From Paecilomyces variotii (lineage: Eukaryota): a stretch of 64,000 nt of DNA. A program made the position numbers and the translations under genes. Positions 42,189 to 52,515 of this stretch are shown in pieces (the stretch's first letter is position 1; the number at the start of each line of letters is the position of its first letter). A model generated the notes under the pieces. That model did no database searches. It was not told the DNA's origin and was given only the letters and a program-made list of their open reading frames with translations. Where the stretch lies: NCBI GenBank assembly GCA_004022145.1, contig RCNU01000002.1, one strand, 5' to 3'.

Positions 42189-43370
42189 CTATGGCGGAAT
42201 CCCTACCCTATTGCATGCTTCTCTTGTTCGGATATCTCGAGGGCAACCACGTATCGGACGAGGGGGCCATATGACATTTGTCAGTCTTCGTATCATTGCA
42301 AAATCGCGCTCTTCCACTGCTTGGTCCATAGCTGCTTGTTGAGGAACATCCAATTCGGGGCACTTTATGACAGTGCCGTTGTCGATAAGGAAGTGAGCCA
42401 TTTCATAGTTCCCACTGCCCGCAGCAGAGAGCAACGCGCCGCCGCCTCCAGCACGAGCTGGATCCGCACCGTACTCGAAAAGCAGACTGACCATTGTCAT
42501 TCTTTGACCTTTTATGTCCTGATTTAGAGAAGAATCAGTTCCAGCAGCGAGAGCAAGAGGGCCCTTTCTGTCACTATTCACGAGATTTGGATTCGCCCCT
42601 GCCGCCAGAAGGAGCTTTAGCGTTGACACTCTCCTGTACCATGCCGCCGTATCCAGAGCAGTGGCGCTAAGATCGTGGAAGATCCCACCGTGATGTATGG
42701 AATTAACGTCGGCGCCACTGGCTATAAGCATACGCGCAATCTCCTCATTTCCAGAGCATTCCGAATAAGACATTAGTGTTCGAGAAATTTCCTGATGTAT
42801 GATGCCGTGCGAGAAGGGATCTCGATTCTCTCCGTCCTGCAACAGCAGCTTGACTATCTCTGAATGTTCCTGCCGTGCAGCGCAGCAGATAATGGACATA
42901 TCCTTGGATTTGTACCACGGATTCACGCCTTGGTCTAGTAGTAACCTCACCATATCAATTCTGTTCGCTGATACTGCTAGCCGCAGCATCTTATCGTAGT
43001 TCGAATCTGTCAGCCTGGTGCTCATTCCCTCGTCTAGTAAGATCTTGACAATACTGGTGCAACCGTTGGATGCTGCTTTGTAGATCGGGTGACTCTCATT
43101 CGGCCCATGCATTGCGTCCCATAATGCCTCACAATAAATATCAGCGCCCGCTCTGAGCAAGTTCTGTAAGGTCCTCGATTGGCCATATCGCGCTGCCCAC
43201 GTTAAGGCGGGTGCTGGCTCATAACGTCGCACATGATACCGATAGAGAAAGGAATTCAACAAAGAATAAAGTGCGCGATTTGCTTGAGCTAGAGCATTAA
43301 TGGTTGACTGTGAATCTGAGGTCTCTGCGATTATCAGGATAATCTCAGTGGGCAGTGTGGAGAAATGCAT
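42189..43370 (-). CDS. F-box-like N-terminus + ankyrin-repeat protein
   Basis: Intronless. N-terminal LPTEIILII motif and about 7 ankyrin-like repeats (ALTWAARYG...LLRAGAD, LLAAGANPN, ALLSAAGSGNYEMAHFLIDNG). Confidence 0.8.
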   Translation of the reverse strand: MHFSTLPTEIILIIAETSDSQSTINALAQANRALYSLLNSFLYRYHVRRYEPAPALTWAARYGQSRTLQNLLRAGADIYCEALWDAMHGPNESHPIYKAASNGCTSIVKILLDEGMSTRLTDSNYDKMLRLAVSANRIDMVRLLLDQGVNPWYKSKDMSIICCAARQEHSEIVKLLLQDGENRDPFSHGIIHQEISRTLMSYSECSGNEEIARMLIASGADVNSIHHGGIFHDLSATALDTAAWYRRVSTLKLLLAAGANPNLVNSDRKGPLALAAGTDSSLNQDIKGQRMTMVSLLFEYGADPARAGGGGALLSAAGSGNYEMAHFLIDNGTVIKCPELDVPQQAAMDQAVEERDFAMIRRLTNVIWPPRPIRGCPRDIRTREACNRVGIPP

Positions 43371-44138
43371 TGTCAAAGTTTCAGATGGTGTTAGAGAAAC
43401 GGTACTGCAGAGGTAAGGTTGAGGTGTTAGGAGAAGACAGTTGGTCGGTGAGGAAATAACACAATCCTGGGGCGGAAGGAATCATAATATAATATCGAGT
43501 TGCCTGCGGAGGTCCAGACAAGGGCTGCTGAGCGGGGCTGTCAATCTGGGAGCCCGGCTTTGGTGCCCTTCGTTGCTTCGAATCCTCTTTGTTCTCCTGT
43601 CTTTGTTCTTTTGTGTCACCATCCGTTCTATGCTTGGTGCTGGTTGTTGCCGATTTATCTTGCCAGGTGGAGGCCAGCAGGGTCATACGGAACATCCTCT
43701 TCTGAGAAGCAAGAAAAAAAGAAGCCTTCTTGATTCTGGCCTCAATGCAGGATGCATTCGGAGTTTTTCCATCGCCTTTGTTGAGGACACCCAGCTTTTC
43801 GTCGAGGGACTATCACTGCCCATGAGGGCATCAACTTCTCCCTGTAGCAATGAACAGTTTAACTCGGACTTATCAATCAACTACTGTGCTATCGAGTCTT
43901 TCCTCGTAAGAGTGTTATCCCATGTTATGATAATACATACAGTTTGTGGTCGTATGCTGAACTAAGCTTCGGCCAGTACTTGTATCGGCGGAGACAGAAG
44001 ACAAAAGATACATATGGTAGGTCAAGTAACTAACTACCTAGAAGGCTAACTAACCGGGAGTTCTACCCAAGAAATACGCCGTTAACTTTTCCTTGGGTGA
44101 TTTCAAATCAAGACCGATCTACTAGTTAAGCATTGTCG

Positions 44139-45618
44139 TCAAACGTTGGATGGGTCTTGGCACCTTCCATCGCGCCAGTTACACTGGGATAGATATAAAG
44201 CTGCATGCAGTTATTTGATCAGCAGTGTATAATCTCATTTTGAATCTGGAATTTTATCCCCAGGTACGTACCGCCGTTTAAGAAAGCAAAAGTATCTAAG
44301 GGAGTATTGATTAGAGCCGAAGGTCTATACTCTATATAGCTTTGGACTTACCAGAGTTCTTCAGTGCTTTGTGCTGAGTTCTCGGGTCCTGAGCCAGCTG
44401 ATAGATGTTCTCGAAGCCATAGGCTCCCTGCCCGGTATAGCCAAGTGCTGGGTCGTCTAATGTTACCTCGTCCTCTTTGAAACCATTACATATGATGATC
44501 AGCATAAGTTACCAATTTTCTGGCGGATACGGGCATCCCTGCTGCAGTTCTGAATGTAGAACAAGAAAGTGGTCTTACCCATCACCCATTGTGCGAATAA
44601 TGATTCACTGTGTGTGAACTCATGGATGAGAGTCAACTCCGGCGTTTTTATATCAATGTTCTGCAGATAAAGGCCCAACATTTGACTGACATGTAGACCC
44701 TTATAATCATCAATATGTTCTGTCCAGCGAGGCCAGGCCCTAGCGCAGATGGTAAAAACATCCGTTATACGGTTGCGTGTTGTTACCATTAAAGCTTGCC
44801 AATTTGGATTTGCATCACATTTCCCAGCCTCTGCTGTTTGAATGCCAGGTACCACGGCACTCTTATAAATATCTGAACAGAGTGAAGGAAGGGCTTAGCA
44901 CGTTGCAAAATTCTTGGAAGGGGATTGTATCTGGGGAACATACATTTCTGTCTGCCGTATTCATCCTTAGCTAGAGCCCCAGTATTGGTTAATGCCGGCA
45001 GACCATTTGATACCAAATGGTCGTCATTGCAGAAGATACTAATACTAAATGTATCTTCATACATGGCCCTATACAATTCTCTCGCATACCCTGAATAAAG
45101 AAACAAGTTATAGAGCAACTCCATTAGAAAATTGCTGCAATTCTGGAATATAATCAATGACAACTCACACAAGACTCTCTCAATTTTAGGGCGAACCGTC
45201 GCGATACTCTGCTGGTCTGTCTCATCAAATATTCCGTACAAGGCCATGAATATATCCAGTTTTGCCCTATCACCGGGAGAAAGATGTCTTCTCTGTGTAC
45301 CAAGGTTATCCCGAACGGTTTGAATGCTATCTATGGTGTTGATGAGCTAGGAAAGGTTCCCCGGACAAGTCAGCTTCACGGAAAATTTCAAATAGAACAG
45401 ACGCGAGGAAAAGGGAAAAAAAGAAAAAAATCACAAACCATGGTTTCTGCGGTATCGACTGCCCTCTGAATATCAAGCAAGTGCCCATGGCAACTCACCG
45501 CATCGTATAGAAGCTTTGTCCTCGTCCGTTGTGCAAGTGCAATAGGCCAAAGGTGGATAAATGACATGACCCAAAAAAGGTTCCATAGAATGATAATTCC
45601 CTTATATTTGGAGACCAT
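44139..45618 (-). CDS. Secreted zinc metalloprotease, M35/aspzincin (deuterolysin/lysine-specific metalloendopeptidase)-like, 329 aa
   Basis: Seven exons (45618-45439, 45346-45169, 45090-44944, 44872-44579, 44456-44352, 44295-44272, 44200-44139) joined by GT-AG introns into a 990-nt open frame. Hydrophobic N-terminus, LIHEFTH, D...AYG and ALKNSDTFAFL. Confidence 0.8.
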
Positions 45619-46528
45619 CGTGCAAAGTCTATAGCTCGATAAATTTTGGAAGACACAAATGTGGAAGAGGCGACACAGAAGAACGAGGATGACATGAGAA
45701 TTCAGCGCAATCTACATATTAGGAATATATGGCATAATATATGAAAAAAGCATGGAACCGATGACTAAATCCGTCATGATCGATGCGCTGAGACATACAA
45801 AGAGCCTGAGCACTGCCTCCACCACCATGTAAGCGCATTTCCCTAATGAAGACTGACTCCGTAGATCTATATAGAGGTTTAACAAGGTGGCTGGTGCTGA
45901 TTATTCTGTGCCCTTTGTGCAGATTACCAGCGTAATTTCCTCACATCAACGACAAAGCAGTTACCCGGCGACAAAATACTATCCAGGGATACTCTGTTAT
46001 ACATAGTACGCGGTTAGTTGTAGGTCACACCTATTTGTAGGCTTGCACGAGGGGAGTCGAGAATTGACTGGAGGAAGCTGGTAGACCGTATCTTTATTTC
46101 CGTAGATCTCACTCTTATTCTTCCCTCTCCAGTTCTGAATATTTAATTAACTGGTGCCACCGAGCGAGTCTCTTCCCTCGTCCTGAATTTGGACACACAA
46201 GGCATTTCTTACTCGCATATCTCATTGCAGCTCTGAAATTCGATCGGGAATGATGGCTTTCTCTCTCATATACTAGTTATCGCTTGCCAGGAAACGTCTG
46301 ATGTTACTGCTTCTCCCTTTTTGAGCTGATGAGAATACCGGCTGAGAAGATCAAAGACGACAGATCATACTACCGTGATAACTCTCTTCGCACGGGACCG
46401 CCCACACAAGAAGCAAGTCGCAAAGGAGGGGAATATACTGCTGGGGACTGAATCTTCACCAGTTCATGCTAGCAGATACATCGGATCATCATTTTCTTGT
46501 TCCAAGTCTATTGCATATATAGAGCAAG

Positions 46529-49500
46529 ATGAAAAGACACCTACTTGGAGGGCTCTTTCTGGGTTCTTTGGGGGTAATATCACTCTGCGCACAAAATGGT
46601 GGCAGTGGCACCTGTTCCTCGAAATCAAAGTGCGTTAGTGGTTGTTGTAGCACCAGTGGCTACTGTGGGTTTGGCCCGGATTTCTGCGGCGATGGTGTAT
46701 GCGTGTCGACTTGCAATGCAGTGGCGGAATGTGGGCGTACGTATCACTCTCCCAAATTGAATGCATAGTATAGATGTAGTATTGACTCAACATAGCATAT
46801 GCGGCTGTCGCGAACACGACCTGCCCTTTGAACGTCTGCTGCTCAAAATATGGGTAAGGAATACATTCAGATTTTTCCGATGATCATTGGAGATGCTAAT
46901 TCTCTGATATTTGGCAGATTTTGTGGTACGAGTGAAGACTTTTGTGGTGGCGGATGCCAGAGCAACTGCGAGCCTGTGCCTGAGCCGTATGTCATCTTAA
47001 CTTCTACGACTTGATAATGCAGTACTAATAGTAACATTCAGTTCCTGCTCTGGGGAATCAAGCAGCGCCGTGTATATCGGTTACTATGAAGCTTGGAATT
47101 ACCAGCACCTGTGCGATAAGTTACTTCCATCGGACATCGACGTTAGGCCATGGACAGTGAGCATTATTCCTATTTACTGCTACCCGCATCATCAAGCTGA
47201 CGAGAAAATAGCACTTGTACTACGCGTTTGCTGGAATCGACAGTAAAACATTTGAGATCAAAACAATGTATCCCAATGATGAGAAAAACATGGCTGATTT
47301 TGTAGCGCTGAAAAAGAAAAGGTCCACTCTCAAGACCTATATCTCCGTAGGCGGGTGGGATCTCGGAGGACAGATCTTCTCTGATATGGTTCGTTCTTCC
47401 GGTAACCGTTCTAAATTCATCAAATCAGCAATTAGCTTTATGAAAAAGCATGGGTTTGATGGAATTGACATCGACTGGGAATATCCTGCTGCATCTGATC
47501 GTGGTGAGTGACAGTCTACCTTCTACGATTATGTTTTGATGTTGACCTGGAGACTTGTGGTGTTAGGCGGCAATAGCGCGGACACGAAAAACTATGTTTC
47601 CTTCCTCAAAGAACTCAAGGAAGCGTGTGGTAAAACATATGGCATTACAGCCACGCTACCATCTTCCTACTGTGAGTGAATAGGGAGACCCCGTGTTGAA
47701 AATGGCTCACAAGAGATAGGGTACCTTCAGGGCTTCGATGTTACTTCCATGGCCGACTACGTGGATTATTTCAACTTTATGTCCTATGATATCCATGGCA
47801 CGTGGGATGGAGATAGCAAATACACGTCTTCCGTGGTCAACCCGCATACGAATCTTACAGGTAAGCCTTCTTCATCGAATCTTGTGCGTGCGTAACAAAC
47901 TGATTCGGTTTCTAGAAATCACCCAAGGCCTGGACTTACTATGGAGAAGCAAGATTGATCCTAGAAAGGTTCTCTTGGGGCTAGGCTTATACGGTCGTTC
48001 TTTTACGCTGAACAATACCAACTGCAACACTCCTGGATGCCATTTTGATAAGTCTGCATACGGCGCTGGCGGAGGTGCGCCTGGGCAGTGTACTCAGACC
48101 AGTGGGATACTCTCCGACTATGAAATAAACCGCATTCTGGAGGATTATGAACCTGCGATCAAATATGACGAAACAGCGGGCGTGAACTGGATTACCTGGA
48201 ATGACAACCAGTGGTATGCATATTTGCATTCCCTGTTTTTCCTAATCGCGTTTCTAACACTTCTTGTATAGGGTGTCATTTGATAATGCAAAGACGCTAA
48301 AGCAAAAGGCGGACTTTGCCAATGGTAAATGCCTTGGTGGACTCTTCAGCTGGGCATTGGATCTAGGTGGCCCCGGATCATTGGGGAATCCCAACGACTT
48401 GGATTCTGTCGATACATCAATGGATGGGGCCAACCCCGAAGGAGGCAGTGATGGGACCGGTGATTTCCTCGTGGGCCAGGAAATCTTTGGTCCCCACGAT
48501 AACACTGTCACCGGTATTGGCCCTATAAACGTGATCTTTCCCCCGAGTACTCTGAAGAGTCCTACGACTCTCCACCCGGGACCATTCATCACTCCCTTGG
48601 AAATTGCTTTCCCTAAGACCACAACAATCACTACAGATGGGTCTGTCACAGTCACGACTACGATCACGCGGATAATCGAGACAACTACAATTCCGCTCTC
48701 CCCGATTACCGTAGGGGTTATTCCATGGTGGAACTGGAATATCACAACCCACAACCAGACTGGCGGGTCGACAGTCCTATTCCCTAGCATTGAAATTGGG
48801 CCAATTGTGATTTCGGACGACTTCCAGGCTCTGAACATCAGCACAGCCTCTTATACCACCACGTCTAACCGGACAATTCTCGTTCCTCCGTGGCCGTGGT
48901 CCACCACGCCGTTGTCAACGACTGTTCCCGTTGGACCAACGGTGCACTTTACTCAAGGTTCACCTCCCGGTCCTAAATGCACGGCAGGATGTGGTAAGAA
49001 ATGTACTACATTTTGCGACAGCCCTTGCATGAACGACTGCGATGTGGGTGGCGGTAAATCAAGTGGCTTTGCTGACCCTTCGGACCCTGATCCGCCCCAT
49101 AAACACAAATGTGGCGGGCCTGACTGTAAGAATGGCAAATGTACCGGTCCATTATGTGCCAGTTTTGGATGCACTGGCACCGATTGTAACCAAGACACAG
49201 GCGCGTGTCTTGGGAAACGTTGCGAAGAGACAGGTTGCATAGGAGATGGCTGCAAGAAGGGATCTTGTCATTCAAAGTCCTGTCGGAAGGTGGGATGCTC
49301 TGGCCGTGACTGTTCCCCTAATGGAAGCTGTTTTGGATTGAGCTGTATCTCCATAGGATGCATCGGTGTCCTCTGCAACAAGGCCGATGGGACATGCAGT
49401 GGACCTGATTGCCATAAAGTCTCGTGCTCTGGACCCAACTGCCAAAACGGATTGTGCAAAGGGAAAGGCTGTACAAACGGGGACAGAGAATGTCAAGAAG

Positions 49501-50520
49501 AGGAAGTCGGTATCTGTACTGAATTCGTATATAGCGCTCCGGATACTGTCAGGTCGACGTCTACCACCAAGACTTCTACCAGTTGCGATACGATCACGGC
49601 CTGCTCTGTCACGGCCACCACTACTACCACAACTATCACGGACGATCCACACGCTTCTGACCCATTCGTAGCTTACATGGAGGACACAAACACGGCTCTC
49701 ATGGCTTCAGTGGCGAGTCAAATCGATGCCGCTTTCAGATCGGCGGAAGCTTCATGGACTACAACAACAACCAGTAGCACCTCGAAGACCACAAGCTCGG
49801 AAACCACGAGCTCGGAAACCTCAACATCAACTGGGCCTTCTGCTACCTCGTTAAGTAATACATCACCGGAAGAGGTCAGCTATACGTGCTCCGGTATGTC
49901 CGGAGAGTGCAAGGTATTCTTGCATCTCCGCCAATTCTGCGATGAAGCCAAGAGCTATATAAGAGGGACCGAAGTATACGGGTAGGTACAACACGGCTTT
50001 TTATTTCCCCAGCTGTTATCCCCTGCTTTTTCGTGGCATTTCTCCCTAAAAGCGTTGCATGATGCTAATGGTCCTCGAAATGAAATAGAACAACCAAGGC
50101 CAATAGCAATACGGGCGAATGCTATACCGACGGGAAGAACGCAGGCTTTGGCTGTGGAGTCTTCGTGAGTGGTGACGGCTGCCAATTACTAGGCACTACG
50201 ATGCAAGCGTGAGTCTACCTATCCAGTCTGTTACCGTAGCTATGACATTCAGGCGATGCTAATCAATGAGACGCAGTGCCTATGATCACCTCATGGATAA
50301 GACTGGAGGAAACTGTGGCAAATGTGGCCAAGTGACCTTCTCAAACGGATGTAAGATGCGAGTCGACTATGTTAGTGGCTGCCAAACGGAGAACAATGGC
50401 CCAGCGCAGTTTGTCCCATCAAATGACAGCAGTGCGACTACGGCCATGAGCCCTGCCACTCTAGCTTCCTCCCAGTCCTCGTTGGCAGAGATTCCCTGGT
50501 CAGTGGCTACATCAGGGTAG
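46529..50520 (+). CDS. Secreted subgroup-C GH18 chitinase with two CBM18 modules, Cys-rich repeats and C-terminal KP4-like domain (~1119 aa)
   Basis: Eleven exons; introns 46737-46795, 46854-46917, 46987-47041, 47157-47211, 47504-47566, 47672-47719, 47861-47915, 48214-48271, 49982-50088 and 50209-50276, giving 3360 nt in frame. Signal peptide, hevein modules CCSTSGYCG and CPLNVCCSKYGFCG, SVGGW, catalytic FDGIDIDWEYP, MSYDIHG and WALDL. Confidence 0.88.
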
Positions 50521-51011
50521 TTTCGAACTACACAGACTAATATGGCATTTCTCGTTCGTTTATACATTACCGTGAACAGATTTACCCTCATCTTCGCTGC
50601 TGTTGCAGGCACTGGGACCTTGGGAACCCCAGCTTTGACTCCCACCATTGGAGGATTCTGCCACGTAAAATGGTGAAGGGATGATAGTTATAGATCATAG
50701 TATATAAGTTAGTTTACCTCACATAGAAACAGTGATGGAGTGACAGGGGCTGGGAAAGTCATGCTGCATAGAAACCCCTTTTTCTTTTCTTTTTTCTTTC
50801 TCCTTCTATTATGTACATGACTAGTCCTCTTTATCCCGAGCCAGATCCTATATCGAATACTGTTCGATTCCACCCGTCATATCCCACAGATCGTTGGCCA
50901 CTTGCTTGGTATATTGCAAGGCGATCTCTTTGTCCCTATTTCTTTTCTAACCAAGTCTAGCTTATGTACTGTACAAAGGGTCACTTCCATTGTCTGAAGT
51001 CTTAGGATAAC

Positions 51012-51017
51012 TATAAA
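51012..51017 (+). promoter_or_regulatory. TATA box upstream of the G1 peptidase
   Basis: TATAAA ~90 bp upstream of ATG 51105, followed by a CT-rich leader. Confidence 0.5.
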
Positions 51018-51104
51018 TAACACTTCACGCCCGACCAATTCTCTGAGACCTTTCGTGTCTTTATTCCTTTCCCTGGTCTATCTTCTGCAGTCTACCCTTG
51101 GACG

Positions 51105-51977
51105 ATGAAACTTCTACCAGTTCCCGCACTCGATGCAATGGTAATGACCATGGTCGTGCTACTGAGCCTCTCTGCCCAAGTCCAAGCCGATCCTAACCAG
51201 CGTCTCCCTAAACGAATGGAGACCCATCACCTTTCTCTCTCCCACAAATCTCTCCCCATCGTGCCCGCTTTTCCAGGTCCAGAGACCCAAAACCTGAGCA
51301 GCATCACCAGCGACCACAGACACACAATCTACAGCCACAATTGGGCCGGTGTCGCACTTCTCAACTCCGCGCTCCCGTCTACCCCAATTCTCACCTCCGT
51401 TGCCGCAACCATCACCGTTCCGATCCCTACCTCCTCAGCTACAAACGTCCAGGCCGCCTCTTCCTGGGTAGGAATCGACGGCTTCGTCAATACAGCTGCT
51501 ATCCTTCAGACAGGCATTGACATAGTCGCCTTTCAAGGCGAAGAAGCCAGATACAAAGCCTGGTACGAATGGTATCCCGATCCAGCCATCCATCTTGATC
51601 TCGCGATAGAGGCAGGAGACGTGATCATTATGGCCGTCTATTCTACGTCAGCCTTGACAGGAGTGACGATTATACAGAATGAAAGTACTGGACAGAGCAC
51701 GACGGTGACAGTCAGTGCGCCGCACTCGACGGCGACATTGACAGGTCAGTCCGTGGAGTGGATCGTGGAGGATTATCAGAGCGGAGGGTCGAGAGTGTCG
51801 TTCTTGGATTTTGGAACGGTCAACTTTACTGGAACTGTGGCGAGGGCGATAGGAAACCAGACATTTGGGGCTGGGGGAGATGGGGCTGTAATAGTAGACA
51901 TGATCATGGATAATGGCTCGATTGTTGCAGAGGCGAACATCGTTGGTTCGTCAGGGGTTGCGGTTACACATAGTTGA
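51105..51977 (+). CDS. Secreted glutamic peptidase, family G1 (aspergillopepsin II / scytalidoglutamic peptidase-like)
   Basis: Intronless with signal peptide. Motifs SHNWAG, WVGIDG, ILQTG (catalytic Gln), WYEWYP and EWIVED (catalytic Glu). Confidence 0.92.
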   Translation: MKLLPVPALDAMVMTMVVLLSLSAQVQADPNQRLPKRMETHHLSLSHKSLPIVPAFPGPETQNLSSITSDHRHTIYSHNWAGVALLNSALPSTPILTSVAATITVPIPTSSATNVQAASSWVGIDGFVNTAAILQTGIDIVAFQGEEARYKAWYEWYPDPAIHLDLAIEAGDVIIMAVYSTSALTGVTIIQNESTGQSTTVTVSAPHSTATLTGQSVEWIVEDYQSGGSRVSFLDFGTVNFTGTVARAIGNQTFGAGGDGAVIVDMIMDNGSIVAEANIVGSSGVAVTHS

Positions 51978-52515
51978 GAAAGCAAAGAGATCACTGTAGA
52001 TGATTTGGCAGGTTCATTTGATCGACTAGGATCTAGATCTAGTTTCTTTGTACTTACGTTGAGGGGATAAAAATCGGCTTACTATGTGTATACCATACAG
52101 CTCATATCGTATCTCGAGCCACGCTGGAGAGGCAATCGACGCCACCCGCGCCACAGACCGACCGACTCGATCTCCACGCGAGAAGCACATCGGCCAGCTA
52201 ATTTAATTTTAGCGTCAAGGCTGATCATTCTAACTTCTCTTTCTCCAGCCATCTCGGCATCGGCCCCGTCCCATCTGGCATCCGACTCACGCGCGGCTCT
52301 CCAACACTCCCCCGACGTGCGCTTTTCCCTTTGCCCTCCTCGATCCGTCGTTGTGAAAAGCTCAGCATCAACAGCTGTCTCCAGCAGCAACACCACAACT
52401 CTCGTCCCAACTCCCCCGTCACCTTTCTCCCGCTCAGTAGCGTCCCGTTATTGTGGTCGCGTTCCCTGGCGAATTTTAAGTCGAGCCTTTTCGTCTCTAA
52501 TTTTTCCTTGCCGCC

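Noticed and set aside
43381-43965. Short ORFs between the ankyrin and protease genes
   Set aside because: No consistent start or splice model and no motifs.
50518-50677. Possible extra terminal exon of the chitinase
   Set aside because: Weak donor (GTAGTT) and a distant branch site; the simple stop at 50520 is preferred, though the alternative is not excluded.
41600-52100. Accessory block as a Starship or other transposon
   Set aside because: No tyrosine-recombinase captain, transposase, terminal repeats or target-site duplication is visible.
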